Virus record (IMG/VR): IMGVR_UViG_3300033493_000005
Location: 1 to 40,117 of that record
Length of the DNA: 40,117 bases
Direction: 5' to 3' (one strand)
Origin: a virus
Taxonomy: Duplodnaviria; Caudoviricetes
Shown: in pieces, positions 1 to 10,821 of the stretch
Layout of the letters: each line of letters opens with the position of its first letter
Numbering within the stretch: the stretch's first letter is position 1
Program-made: the position numbers and the translations under genes
Notes under the pieces: generated by a model
Database searches by the model: none
Seen by the model: the letters and a program-made list of their open reading frames with translations, nothing else
Told to the model about the DNA's origin: nothing

Positions 1-127
1 TACTAATGGCACTTCAGCCGCAAAGGATGTCAATCCCGATTGTGGGCGGACAAGAGCAGTCGATTGCGTCTGAATTGGTTGATCCGCCACTGCTCACCGT
101 TGCGCAGAACGTCATCTACGAACGTCA
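1..127. repeat. Terminal direct repeat (identical to 39991-40117); circular assembly overlap
   Basis: 127 nt exact match at both ends; the ORF ending at 39996 runs by TAATG overlap into the ORF at 6. Confidence 0.97.
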
Positions 128-3100
128 GGGCGAGCTGAAAAAGCGACGCGGCTGGGTCCGCTCCTACGAGACGTTGAACGGGCTGACTTATCTCCCGCAC
201 TGCGAGCGGTTGGCCACCAGAGGAAACGAAATCGTTTGGATTGGTGAGCAAGTCGTAGATCAATGCGAACCTCGAGAAGAGCTCGGGATTAGCTCAAGGC
301 TCCCTGCGGAGACGAACGAAGTCTTTGAGCGCCCGGTGTGGACGCGCAAAGGGGATATTGCGCGTTGGAACGTGTCGACGCTTGCCGAGATCTCGTCCCC
401 TGAACACGGGGCACGTGTGCTGTCGTTCGACTGCGCGTTTGCTGGAGACCTGTTAGCAGAGGTCGGGAACAGTGGGGTGATTGGAGTTGTCTGGCAATGC
501 TACGACGTCGAGAAGTTATTTTTCGCCGCTATCGACGTAGCCACGGGTGCAATTCTTGTTTCGCGATCGTTAGCGGTGTCGGTCGCTACGGACGAGCCTA
601 TTCGCATCGTGGCGATGCGCGGATCCGGTGGACTGTGGTACTTCCATGTCTATTACACGAGCACGGAACTTGGCGAAAGCTGCCACCTGTACTATCTATC
701 AATCCCTGCAGCGAACCCGTTTACCACTACCGCGTCAACTCTAATTTCCGATGACGTTCAGGCGTGGGATGTTTGCTGCACTGGGCCAACTGGTTTGGGG
801 ATAGATCCGACCTGGACACATGAGCGACGGCTGTTCGTTTGCTATGCGATGTTTTCGACAGCAAATGTATATTTGAACCTGTACATTCCAGACTCAACCG
901 GAACGTTGATTTACAAGGAAAACAATACGGTATCCATGGGAAGGCATGTTGCCATGCGAACCATCGCTGGTCAGCTCGGTTGCTGTTGCGACCCCGATGG
1001 CAGGTTCGTTTGGGCTCATGTGGCCACGTCCTGGACTGGTCCGGGATACTCCAACGAGGCCATCAGATGGCAGCTAAATGAAGGACCATGGGCGGCGCCT
1101 GGAATAATCTACTTCGATTCATCGGCGGAGATAACGACTGCAAACGCTTCGCACGGGAATCCAATCGGGGTGCATGCTGGTTGGCGCGGGACTTCAGTGG
1201 TCGCAGCGGTGACGCGTTATGACAATGTGATATTCACGTGGTCAAGGGACGCGACCGGAAGAACCGACGTTGCCGAGTATACTGCCAATTCAACCGCGGG
1301 CTCGATGGGTAACATATCGTCTAGCTACTCTTGCGCCTACAGCCCTTGGGGCCGCCACTGGAACTACCATGGCAGGGACTACTGGCCTGTGGTGCGCGGT
1401 CATTCTCCTGATGCGAAGTGTGTCGAATTCGTAGCAGCGGGACAACCGATCGTTGACGCTGGCGAGATCCATGTGTCGACGGGTAGAGCGGTGCAGGGAT
1501 TGATCGCTTACCCGACGGCAGCTGCAGCGAGCCGCGTGTTGCTATCGGGAGGCAGGAATTCAACTGTTGAATCATGGTATCAGCGCGGACGTTTCTTTTC
1601 GGTGTACCCGACGATGGGTCTAGACAGTACCGAAATGAAGCTGACCGTTCTGGACATTTCAGCAGTTGAAAAGGAAATGTTCGGGTGGGCAGATACGCCT
1701 GCCGGGTTGTATTTTAGCGGATCGATTCCGTGGTGCTATGATGGCGGGCCTGGTCATGAGCTTGGGTTTGTTCATCGGCCGCAATCGACAATAACACCAG
1801 ACGGCGAGATAGTAACCGGGATTCAAGTTGCCGTTGGTACGCCGTGGCCTATCGCCACGTATTGGCTGGCACTGTGCTGGGAGCATACCGATCAGCTTGG
1901 GCGGGTTTCTAGATCAGCGCCCAGTATCCGTTCGGTCGAAATAACAGCAGCGAACCAGTCGGCTTTCATTCAGTACCAGACGTTGGGATTCACCTCGCAT
2001 TCGCAGCTCAGGCCGGTGCTTTATGCTGCGGACGCCAATGGACTAAACTACTTTCGAAGCACGCAGGTCATACCCAACGATCCGTCGCCTACAACCGAAT
2101 CCATTCAGGTGAACATCGCATGGGGAAACCTATTCGTGGCCGGGGCCCCCACGCTTTACACGTCGCAGGGGATCCTGGAAAACAGCCCACCTCCGCAGGC
2201 TAGGGTGATTTGTTATTGGGGCAATCGCATTTGGTACGCGAATCAGCGAAGTGTTTGGTTCTCTCGCGAGATTATTGATGCCGAGGAACCGTCATTCAAC
2301 GAGGCGCTGTCATTTCAAGTCCCGATGAACGTTACGGCGCTGGCGTCACTCGACGATCGAATGGTGATATTCGGTGAGAACGAGATCTATGTCATCTCTG
2401 GCGACGGCCCGACTGATACCGGTGAAGGTGGAACATTCACGACGCCGCAGCGGATCCGCGGTGAGGTGGGATGCGTCGATCCTAGATCGGTCGTTCGCGT
2501 AGGGAACAATGTCCTGTTTCAAAGCAAGCGCGGAATTGAATCTTTTGACGGAATGCAGTCTAAGGTGATTTCGAGCGGTGTCGACTGGACGATGAAGGAC
2601 GGTGGTTATACCGAGATAGTTTCCGCTTCGTATGATTCAACCAATCAGATTGCCAGGTTCCTGGCAAAGTCAGGCTTCAGCTATTTGGTGTTTTGTTGGC
2701 ATAGCGCTTTCGAGCTTTGGACCACGGCCACGATTCCGAGGATATCAACAAGCCCAAACACCACCGTTGTTCCAGTTGGGATCGTGTCAGCATTCGATCG
2801 CAACTGGATGAGTATCAACGATTCGACCCGGGCTACTGCCCCGATCCCGAAAAACGCTATTGCTAGAGAAATTGGTCGAACTGAAAACTATGCATACGGT
2901 CAATTTGTTGACGGGTATCCCGACATTGACGGCTACGAAGCACTTTTTTGGTACCAGTCCACCGTTGAATTCGCTGACATCAAGTTTGATGGCCTCCAGG
3001 GATTCCAACGTATTTGGCGGTTCTATCTTCAATTACGAGACTCGGGAGCAGAAACCGGTATTGAGCTATCCTACATCTGCGACTACAGCAGCCCTAGGAT

Positions 3101-3353
3101 AACCAAGACATGGACGACGGTACCCGAGATAGCTACCGGGATTGCTGCGCCGGCATTGTTTAGGCGCTATGCTGTGCATGTGGCAAAGCAGCAGTCTTCA
3201 GCAATCCGCGTCAGGTTTAGAGACTTGCTTAGGACCGACGGCGGCGTGGATGAAGACATCAGCAAGAACACTGGATTCACTCTGATTTCTCTTGGGCTCG
3301 AGTACGGAATCAAGCCGGGAACCGGTAGAGGTTCTTCAGGGAGCAAAAAATAA
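6..3353 (+). CDS. Tail nozzle / tail tubular protein B (P22 gp10 / T7 gp12-like)
   Basis: 1115 aa, beta-rich; propeller-like C-terminal motifs VTALASLDDRMVIFGENEIYVISG and GCVDPRSVVRVGNNVLFQSKRGI; follows the adaptor gene. Confidence 0.7.
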   Translation: MALQPQRMSIPIVGGQEQSIASELVDPPLLTVAQNVIYERQGELKKRRGWVRSYETLNGLTYLPHCERLATRGNEIVWIGEQVVDQCEPREELGISSRLPAETNEVFERPVWTRKGDIARWNVSTLAEISSPEHGARVLSFDCAFAGDLLAEVGNSGVIGVVWQCYDVEKLFFAAIDVATGAILVSRSLAVSVATDEPIRIVAMRGSGGLWYFHVYYTSTELGESCHLYYLSIPAANPFTTTASTLISDDVQAWDVCCTGPTGLGIDPTWTHERRLFVCYAMFSTANVYLNLYIPDSTGTLIYKENNTVSMGRHVAMRTIAGQLGCCCDPDGRFVWAHVATSWTGPGYSNEAIRWQLNEGPWAAPGIIYFDSSAEITTANASHGNPIGVHAGWRGTSVVAAVTRYDNVIFTWSRDATGRTDVAEYTANSTAGSMGNISSSYSCAYSPWGRHWNYHGRDYWPVVRGHSPDAKCVEFVAAGQPIVDAGEIHVSTGRAVQGLIAYPTAAAASRVLLSGGRNSTVESWYQRGRFFSVYPTMGLDSTEMKLTVLDISAVEKEMFGWADTPAGLYFSGSIPWCYDGGPGHELGFVHRPQSTITPDGEIVTGIQVAVGTPWPIATYWLALCWEHTDQLGRVSRSAPSIRSVEITAANQSAFIQYQTLGFTSHSQLRPVLYAADANGLNYFRSTQVIPNDPSPTTESIQVNIAWGNLFVAGAPTLYTSQGILENSPPPQARVICYWGNRIWYANQRSVWFSREIIDAEEPSFNEALSFQVPMNVTALASLDDRMVIFGENEIYVISGDGPTDTGEGGTFTTPQRIRGEVGCVDPRSVVRVGNNVLFQSKRGIESFDGMQSKVISSGVDWTMKDGGYTEIVSASYDSTNQIARFLAKSGFSYLVFCWHSAFELWTTATIPRISTSPNTTVVPVGIVSAFDRNWMSINDSTRATAPIPKNAIAREIGRTENYAYGQFVDGYPDIDGYEALFWYQSTVEFADIKFDGLQGFQRIWRFYLQLRDSGAETGIELSYICDYSSPRITKTWTTVPEIATGIAAPALFRRYAVHVAKQQSSAIRVRFRDLLRTDGGVDEDISKNTGFTLISLGLEYGIKPGTGRGSSGSKK

Positions 3354-4765
3354 TGGCATGGTATGACTACGCGTCTCTGGGGATCATCCCGGCAGCAAAA
3401 TACATCGGTCGCGGAGTAGCGCAGACAATTGGTGGTCAGAATTACTATGACCCGAAGGCTGCTGTGCTGAATCAGGACCAGGCGAACCAAGACCTTAGAG
3501 CTGACTACGGAGCCCGAAATCAGCAGAACGTTTTGCTTGGCAGACTCAATCAGCAGATGGATGGTCAAGGCCCAACGGTAGCCGGTCTGCAGGCGCAACA
3601 GGGAATCGCTCAAGCGCTGTCCAACGCTGGGACGCAGGCGGCAAACGCACGCGGGGTTTCTCGTGGGCTTGCGCTGCGGTCCGCTATCTACGGTGGTCAG
3701 CAGGCACAGCAGGCGGCGAATCGTGACGCCTCGTTGCTGCGGGCACAAGAGCAGCTGTCCGCACAACAGCAGGCGGGGGGCGTGCTGCAGGCGATGCGCG
3801 GCGGGGACATCCAGACTCGGCAAGCGTCGATTGACGCGGCCAAGGCTGATCAGACAGCTCAAATGCAGCGTGAAGAGCTCAAGACCCGCCTGACCGAAGG
3901 CAATGCTGGACGCGCGCAGAAGGCATCAGGGGCCGTACTGAGCGCAGTTGGCGGGGCCATCAAAGGGTTGAGCGATATCCGAGCAAAGGAAAACATTGCT
4001 CCGGCGCCGATGTCATTTGCCGAGCGACTAAGCCAGCAGCTGCGTGTTGACGACGCCGAACTGCAACGACGTCAAGAGGCCGAGTCCAACGCTCAAATCA
4101 GCGCGGCTCTAGCATCGCCAAACGCTAGCTACGGCGCGCAACAAGCAGGCGTGGCGCAAGGTGACGCTGCTGGGCTTTCTCCCGATGGAACCAGTCCGGT
4201 AACGGGCGGCGGAGTTGGCGGGGCAATTGGCGGGGGGATGGAGGAGATGGGCCAAGGGCTCATGAGTGATCGTCACTCGAAGGAGCGAATCCGTTTCCTT
4301 GAGGCCCAGCTATACGGCGAACAGCCGCGAGCAATCGATCGCTTAGATCCGAATTCGCTCAATTCGATGACGCGGCGCGAGCGTTCGATGGCTGAGCTGC
4401 CGGAAGAAATGCGCCCGTTAGATACGGCGAATCCATACGTCGACTCGAAAGCCAACCTGAAGAACGTGCGCCCCTACGAGTACAGCTATCGACCAGAGTA
4501 CGCTCGTCTCATTGCTCAGGACACCGCTCGAAGGGTAGCTCCCGATGCGCAGCCAGCAGCAGCAGCAGCGGCCTACGGGGATGCGCGCGCGCCCCGTATG
4601 GGCGTCATGGCCCAAGACCTCGAGAAATCCCCCGACGGTAAAGACGTTGTTGAGGACACCCCGGTCGGCAAAGTGCTCGACATGAAACGCTCGGTCGCGT
4701 TTGCTCTCGCGAATCAAGCCGACCTAAACCGTAGACTTTCGAAGGTTGAGAGGGCTCGCCGATGA
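3353..4765 (+). CDS. Ejection/pilot-type virion protein with C-terminal peptidase S74 (intramolecular chaperone) domain
   Basis: Gln/Ala/Gly-rich helical N-terminus; SDIRAKENI, SDRHSKERI, VRPYEYSY, GVMAQDLEK and a terminal coiled coil. Confidence 0.72.
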   Translation: MAWYDYASLGIIPAAKYIGRGVAQTIGGQNYYDPKAAVLNQDQANQDLRADYGARNQQNVLLGRLNQQMDGQGPTVAGLQAQQGIAQALSNAGTQAANARGVSRGLALRSAIYGGQQAQQAANRDASLLRAQEQLSAQQQAGGVLQAMRGGDIQTRQASIDAAKADQTAQMQREELKTRLTEGNAGRAQKASGAVLSAVGGAIKGLSDIRAKENIAPAPMSFAERLSQQLRVDDAELQRRQEAESNAQISAALASPNASYGAQQAGVAQGDAAGLSPDGTSPVTGGGVGGAIGGGMEEMGQGLMSDRHSKERIRFLEAQLYGEQPRAIDRLDPNSLNSMTRRERSMAELPEEMRPLDTANPYVDSKANLKNVRPYEYSYRPEYARLIAQDTARRVAPDAQPAAAAAAYGDARAPRMGVMAQDLEKSPDGKDVVEDTPVGKVLDMKRSVAFALANQADLNRRLSKVERARR

Positions 4766-6870
4766 TTCCGGATTACCTACTGCAGGCCGCCATGGATTCC
4801 CAGTACGGGCAGGCCCAGCCGGGGGCAGCCTGGACGGCTCCTCAGGCACCCGTTTCGCTCGGCGGGCAACCGATGCAGCCCGTTTCTTTGGGATCTGTAG
4901 GCGAGGCTGTGGGCGCAGCTGCGCCCTATGCGCAGACCGTTTGGGACAAGCTCAGGGGCGCCCTGAACGCTCCACAGCAGCCGGTCACGATTGTGAGTCC
5001 ACAGGCATCACAGGCGCCACAGGCTGCCCCTGTTATCGCCCCTCCGGCTCCCGCCGCTCTGCCCCCGGAACCCGCCGTCGAGCCCCAGCTGGAGGCAGCT
5101 CCCGCGCCTACGGGACCATCCCCGATGTCGTTGGTTCTCGATCGCGCGATAGCCGGAACCCAGCAAGTTGTGCCCGGTGGGTTCCGCCGCACCGGGTACC
5201 AGGTGGCGCAAGAGGGACCTGTTGCGATGCCCGGCGCCGACGTCGAGCGGCAGGGGCCGACAATTTCAACCGGGGTCCCGGACATCGATGCGGCCACATT
5301 TCGCGCATTGTCACCGCAGCAAAAGCAAGAGTATCTCAGCCGTCTATCGACGCAGGAAACCAAGCCTCTGCGAGTCGGTCCCGAACCGATTGACATGGAC
5401 TTGATCGATGCGCTGAACCCAGACCAGCAGCAAGAGTATCAGCGCCGGTTGGACGCACAGACATCCATGATTAGCACGGGACCAAAGTCATTGGCGCCAA
5501 CAGGCGAGCCAATTCGTCCGCAGTCACCGCACGGGCGTGCTTCTGCCGATCTCGGCATGTCTCAAGACATTGCCAGGCTAGGAGAAGAGCAGACGATTGA
5601 AGACCGTGCCGCTAACCTGGAACTACAGGGGCGAGCATATGCAATGCAGCAGGCTCGGTATGAGGCCGACGCGAAACGAATTGAAGACGACCAATCAAAG
5701 CGAGCTGCGTTTATCGCCAATGAGCTCCCGCGTCTCGAACAGTACATTGACCAAAGAGCAAAAGTTCAGTCAATGAATCCTGTCGATTCGTACAACCAAA
5801 AGATCGGATTCTCAGGGCGTCTGCTGAACGGAATTGCACTCGGATTGTCAACGCTCGGTTCCGGTTTGACCGGTGCGCCTAACGTCGTCTGGGAAATGAT
5901 CCAGAAGGAGATTGACGGCGAGGTTTACAAGCAACGTCAGATCACGGAATCGTTAGGCCATCAATACATGGCAAGACGCCAGCTTTATGCCGATATGCTC
6001 GGTCAATTTCTGACCCCAGAAGCAGCGGAAGCGGCCACGCGCTACGCTCTGCAGTCTGCAGCTGTTGCTGAGATCAATAAACTCGGAGCTCGCTCCAGCT
6101 CCGACGATATGAAAAATGCTGCCGGTATGTTGTCGTCCTACGCTCAGGTGGAAGCCGACAAGCAAAAGAAAGCGGCGCTGGAAGGAGTGCAGCGCACGCT
6201 ATGGCAAGACGTGCCTGCTAAGGTTGTTGGGGATCAGGGTGGTATCGCTGGTCTCGTAAAGCAGCTGAAGCAGATTGGGATTCAAGACAAGGATATGGCT
6301 CCGATCATTTCGATGATCGTGAACAAGGGGACCGGAGCCGGGGCGGAGCTAATCGGAACGCAGAAACCCACGAAGTCACGCGACGAAATGCGAGAGGTCC
6401 AGTATGAGGGCGAAACATCAGTCCCGGTTCCGGATCGGTTCGCTGGTTTCCTTGGAAGCAAGAATCTAAGAGCTGTTGATCATTCTGATGCGGTAAAGAA
6501 ACGCGAAGCTCTAAATGATGGGGATCGGCTGCTTGAGAGCTATGACCGTTTAGAAAAACTAATCAAAACAGGTTCAACGCTGAACCCGACGCAACGAGCG
6601 GAAGTGGAACAGATTTCTGCCACCACGATGGGTTCATGGCGAACGCTCTTGGGGCTAGGTGTATTGTCCGAGTCGGATAAAGAATTGCTGGTTCCGATTT
6701 CCGGAATCTTTGCAAACGATATACTAACCCTACGTGACAAGAAAAAGATGGTCGACAACCTGAAGTCCCTGGTGTTCCGGACAATCAAAACCGTAGGACA
6801 GACGGCGAGTAAAAGCGATAGCTCATTTATCCCGGCGGTAAAGCCAATCGTCGCAAAGGACATCAAATAA
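4762..6870 (+). CDS. Putative internal virion (DNA ejection) protein
   Basis: 702 aa; Pro/Gln-rich N-terminus, helical core with a hydrophobic Gly-rich segment; position after nozzle; ATGA coupling. Confidence 0.55.
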   Translation: MIPDYLLQAAMDSQYGQAQPGAAWTAPQAPVSLGGQPMQPVSLGSVGEAVGAAAPYAQTVWDKLRGALNAPQQPVTIVSPQASQAPQAAPVIAPPAPAALPPEPAVEPQLEAAPAPTGPSPMSLVLDRAIAGTQQVVPGGFRRTGYQVAQEGPVAMPGADVERQGPTISTGVPDIDAATFRALSPQQKQEYLSRLSTQETKPLRVGPEPIDMDLIDALNPDQQQEYQRRLDAQTSMISTGPKSLAPTGEPIRPQSPHGRASADLGMSQDIARLGEEQTIEDRAANLELQGRAYAMQQARYEADAKRIEDDQSKRAAFIANELPRLEQYIDQRAKVQSMNPVDSYNQKIGFSGRLLNGIALGLSTLGSGLTGAPNVVWEMIQKEIDGEVYKQRQITESLGHQYMARRQLYADMLGQFLTPEAAEAATRYALQSAAVAEINKLGARSSSDDMKNAAGMLSSYAQVEADKQKKAALEGVQRTLWQDVPAKVVGDQGGIAGLVKQLKQIGIQDKDMAPIISMIVNKGTGAGAELIGTQKPTKSRDEMREVQYEGETSVPVPDRFAGFLGSKNLRAVDHSDAVKKREALNDGDRLLESYDRLEKLIKTGSTLNPTQRAEVEQISATTMGSWRTLLGLGVLSESDKELLVPISGIFANDILTLRDKKKMVDNLKSLVFRTIKTVGQTASKSDSSFIPAVKPIVAKDIK

Positions 6871-9491
6871 TGGCCAAATGGGTGCGAATGGTAAATCCGG
6901 AGGGCGTTGTAAAGGACGTCCGGGTGGATACCGTTCCTTCCGCTACTGAGCAGGAGTGGCAAATTGACACCCCCGAGCAAGCCAAGCTTCGAGAGTACCA
7001 AACAACTCAAGGATCATCCGTTACCGAGTCGCTAAAGGCCGCCGGGGAGCACGCCGCTGATACCCTGACTTTTGGGGGCTCGACGGCAGCGCTGTCGCAG
7101 ATACCTGGCTACAGTAAACAGCGGCAACGGAGAGATGAGACCTTCCCTATCTCTGGTGCTGTTGGCACCATTGGGGCATCGGTTGTTCCCATGCTCGGGC
7201 AAGCCTCGAAGCTGGGAGCTGTTGGCAAAGTCGCTCGGGTAGCTGGTGAGCCATTGGCCGCGGTGTCACGAGGTTCGCTGGCGCTAGGTGGCGCAGTTGA
7301 GCGAGCGATTGCAGGCGAGGCTCCAAGCGTTGCTAGACGGATGCTGGCAAAGGGAATTGGCGGAGCCACAGCAGGCGCCACCGAAGGAGCCACAATCGGA
7401 GCTGGCCAGGCTCTCTCTGAGTCATCAATTCAGAACAAGGATCTAACTGCTGAATTGCTACTGGCTCGCATGGGTGAGGGGGCGTCCGTGGGCGGAGTTT
7501 TAGGCGGCGCGCTTGGCGGAGCCGGAGAGCTGTTCGGGCTCGTCGGTAAGGGCGCAAAAGGAGCCGTCAGATACGTTCCCGGCGTTGGGGAAATCGTTGG
7601 GCAAGATGCTCAACAGCTGGCGCACTCGAAGGCCCTGGCCGCGCTCGGATTCCAGCGTTCGAACATGAACGCGCTGATCAAAAAGTATGGCGTTGGCGCC
7701 GTCGACGAAATGGGCAAGGAGGCTTTCAACATTCTTGAGATGGGAAAGCCCGGCGCATTCAAACGAGCGCTCAGCTATGAAATGGGCGAGGGAGCGAACC
7801 GCGTTGCCGTCACCAAGAGCGAGCTAACCGACAAGCTCAAAGGGCTATATCGTACACTGGACGAAACAGGCGAGCACTTCCCCATATCTTCGGTAGTCTC
7901 CAGAGTTGATAACGAACTGCTGGCCCCGCTCCGAAACTCGCTTTCCGGGAGCGATGAAGCGGTGATTCGTGAAATCAAGAAAGAGCTCAAGCCGCTCTAT
8001 CGTTCACTCGAAAGAGCGGACAAGTTCGAGACTGCAGCACGAGCCGTTCCTGAAGTAAAGACCAGATTGACCGAGCTAGGTAATTTTGCTGCTCGCGGCG
8101 AGTATGAAGAGCTGTCGGCAGCTGCTAAATTGATGCGTTCTGAATTGGACGGACTAAGAGAGTCATACCGATCGATGGGAATGCACGAAGCGGCCAATCG
8201 CGTACGCGGCGTATCGAGAGCACTTGGTGCGGTAGAAAAAACCGACGGTAGGGATATCTTCACGAAGATGTCTAAGGTGCGTGACGCCTACAACTTGCTG
8301 GACGATTCCGTTGCGTCCGCGGTAGCGAAACACGGCTCTGCCGATGTGTCGTATTCCCGGCTCTGGGAGCTCGCGCGCAAACAGGCTGAAAAGGTAAAGA
8401 ATTTTACGATTCAGAGGGATCCGCGAGAGACTGCGTACCGCCAGTACTGGGGGATACTAAAAGATGAACTTGCAAAGCAAGCGGAAAAGTCCGGAGTCGG
8501 ACCACAGCTGCAAGCAGTGAATCAGCGACTGAAGCGAGTTATTGCGCTCGACGAAGTGTCTTCAAAGGCTGCTGGGTTCGCTGGCAACCGATCGGTATCG
8601 TTGACGGACACCATCGCCGGAGCCGGGGGGTTTACCGCTGCTGGGCCTCTTGGTGGGCTCGCCTCCGGAATGGCAAATCGCTTCATCCGCTCCGCAGCGG
8701 GAGATGAGTTACTGGGCGTTGCAGCCAATCGATATGCGACCTTTCGAAAGACCGTTGACGCCGCGGACGCTGCTGCTGCATCGATTAGCAAAAGCGTCAA
8801 GGATGCAATTACTCCGGCTCGAGTAAAGCAACACGTGACCGGGGTAGCGGCACGCCTAGCGGGGCAGTTTGAAGGCCAACGTCAGCTTGTTGTTTCGCGT
8901 AATGCGGAGCAAGAGAGATTGCTGGGCGAGCTGAATTCGCGGATGGCCGAAGCTCAAGGGGTTGCTCCGGAGCTGTCAGGGGCGATAACAGCGGCCGTGG
9001 CCAGGGGGAGCGGCGTGCTTACCGCCGATATGCCGAAACCCATCGGGACCGGAGATATCCGTGACCGTTCGTCCTATCCGGATATTCCAGATTCGGAAAA
9101 AGCCGCATGGCTTCGGAAGCTTGGGGTGGTTCGCGATCCAGTGTCGGTGATTGGGTCGTTGAAAAAAGGCGAACTTACGGGCGAGGAAATCAGCACGCTC
9201 CAGCGTTCGCATCCTGAATTGTATGGTCGTATGAGGTCAGAGCTTCTGCAACATCTGGAACAGAACGCCATCGACGGCAATATGCCGAGCTATCAGCAGC
9301 GGGCGCAGGCTTCGGTGTTTACCGGGTCGCCGGTAGATGCTACATATTCACCGGACATGATCCAAGCGTTTCAGCAGCGATACGCGCAAGCGCCACAAGA
9401 ACAGCAGCAGTCCCAGGCTCCGCGACGAAGCCTAACCAGGGCATCAAAACTAGCAGAGCGGCGCATGCCGCAGATCGACAGGGAAGCATGA
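6870..9491 (+). CDS. Putative large internal virion (DNA ejection) protein
   Basis: 873 aa; Gly/Ala-rich membrane-like stretches, helical; synteny. Confidence 0.55.
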   Translation: MAKWVRMVNPEGVVKDVRVDTVPSATEQEWQIDTPEQAKLREYQTTQGSSVTESLKAAGEHAADTLTFGGSTAALSQIPGYSKQRQRRDETFPISGAVGTIGASVVPMLGQASKLGAVGKVARVAGEPLAAVSRGSLALGGAVERAIAGEAPSVARRMLAKGIGGATAGATEGATIGAGQALSESSIQNKDLTAELLLARMGEGASVGGVLGGALGGAGELFGLVGKGAKGAVRYVPGVGEIVGQDAQQLAHSKALAALGFQRSNMNALIKKYGVGAVDEMGKEAFNILEMGKPGAFKRALSYEMGEGANRVAVTKSELTDKLKGLYRTLDETGEHFPISSVVSRVDNELLAPLRNSLSGSDEAVIREIKKELKPLYRSLERADKFETAARAVPEVKTRLTELGNFAARGEYEELSAAAKLMRSELDGLRESYRSMGMHEAANRVRGVSRALGAVEKTDGRDIFTKMSKVRDAYNLLDDSVASAVAKHGSADVSYSRLWELARKQAEKVKNFTIQRDPRETAYRQYWGILKDELAKQAEKSGVGPQLQAVNQRLKRVIALDEVSSKAAGFAGNRSVSLTDTIAGAGGFTAAGPLGGLASGMANRFIRSAAGDELLGVAANRYATFRKTVDAADAAAASISKSVKDAITPARVKQHVTGVAARLAGQFEGQRQLVVSRNAEQERLLGELNSRMAEAQGVAPELSGAITAAVARGSGVLTADMPKPIGTGDIRDRSSYPDIPDSEKAAWLRKLGVVRDPVSVIGSLKKGELTGEEISTLQRSHPELYGRMRSELLQHLEQNAIDGNMPSYQQRAQASVFTGSPVDATYSPDMIQAFQQRYAQAPQEQQQSQAPRRSLTRASKLAERRMPQIDREA

Positions 9492-9793
9492 AATCTACCC
9501 CATGGTATGTCGGATACGCAAACCTGGCAGCGCCGATCGACTGCAGGGCAGCCGATCCGTATCGAGCCGGTTCGGACGGCGCGCAAGCGTTGAACGCCCG
9601 ACGTGCGAGCGCTTGTGGGATCATGGCAGCCAATGCCGGCGGGACTGCGGTAGTGCGTCCGCCGTGGGGCGCCGGAGCAGGGACGAACGACGTGACGCTA
9701 ACCCTTGCAGTTGGCATACCGATATACCTCGATTTCGATGAAGTGATTTCGGGGACCGCAACAGGCGTCACCATTTTCTGGCCGCGGGACTAA
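9488..9793 (+). CDS. Hypothetical small virion protein
   Basis: ATGA-coupled, beta-rich, 101 aa. Confidence 0.55.
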   Translation: MKSTPWYVGYANLAAPIDCRAADPYRAGSDGAQALNARRASACGIMAANAGGTAVVRPPWGAGAGTNDVTLTLAVGIPIYLDFDEVISGTATGVTIFWPRD

Positions 9794-9807
9794 GAGGAGA
9801 ATTGATC

Positions 9808-10821
9808 ATGAATATCCCTGGAAACAAAAGAGTTCAGCTCGCGGATTTGCCGCTAATAGACGCCGATGTCGGTACGGTTGTTTGGGTTGAAAATCTAGGT
9901 GTCAAGTATGAAGCTGTTCCGCGAAGTGCAAAGTCTACGGGAGCGGTAGATGGACCAGCTGACGCATTGACCCCAATTTCGTGGCAGCCTTCTGGAGTTC
10001 TCGTCACGACCACCGGCGGTACCTTCGCGGCTAGCGGGATACAGGTAGAGGGCTCAGTCGGCACCGTGACAAATGGCGTGCTGACAATTGACCTCGACAA
10101 CTCACTGCCGGGCTATCCTGCATTGATGGCACTGCAACCTAGACGACTGATTATGCCGTGTCGACGTTCTGGGCGCACGCATTTGATCGATACGGGCACC
10201 AAAATCAAGCAGATTTCCGACCTGTCCGGATATGGATTGCACCAACAGCAAGCAACGTCTACGCGAATGCCACCGCTCGGACTGGGCGGTCTGGATCCGG
10301 GCCCCTCGTTCGTTTATGCGAGCCAGTCGTACACATTCGGCACGTCACCTGTCGGCGCGGGCGGGCAGACACAGTGGACCAGGTGCTACGCGTTCTATTC
10401 GACGTCCACATCTACACTCGGGGATACCACCGGCTCTAGCAAAGCGTTTTATGTTGGCGCTTGCTCCGGTTCGAGTGACGTATATCAAATAGGCTCGTGC
10501 CCGCGCACGTTTCCGAGCATTTCAACCAACGCTGTGCACCTTCTGGTGCTTGTTTTCGACGCATCTCAGTCGACGGATGCGCTAAAGTGTCAGGTTTATT
10601 TAGACGGGTCCGACACTCCGCTTGTTACGTCTCCGTATTCGGGCAGTATGCCCGCGTCGCTGCCCGCCGCTGCAGTTGATTCGTTTGGCTGGAACTATCA
10701 AACCAGCAACTCGCAGCTGAATGGTGTGATGCTTGGCCAAGCCGACTTTGCATTTGCTGCTTCCGGGGCGACCCTAACAGCGTTGCATACCGCGTGGCTT
10801 GCGGCGCTGGAGTCGATCTAA
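9808..10821 (+). CDS. Putative tail fibre/receptor-binding protein with ConA/LamG-like lectin domain
   Basis: GAGGAG RBS 8 nt upstream of ATG 9808; Ser/Thr/Gly-rich; HLLVLVFD...VYLDG LamG-like strands. Confidence 0.5.
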   Translation: MNIPGNKRVQLADLPLIDADVGTVVWVENLGVKYEAVPRSAKSTGAVDGPADALTPISWQPSGVLVTTTGGTFAASGIQVEGSVGTVTNGVLTIDLDNSLPGYPALMALQPRRLIMPCRRSGRTHLIDTGTKIKQISDLSGYGLHQQQATSTRMPPLGLGGLDPGPSFVYASQSYTFGTSPVGAGGQTQWTRCYAFYSTSTSTLGDTTGSSKAFYVGACSGSSDVYQIGSCPRTFPSISTNAVHLLVLVFDASQSTDALKCQVYLDGSDTPLVTSPYSGSMPASLPAAAVDSFGWNYQTSNSQLNGVMLGQADFAFAASGATLTALHTAWLAALESI

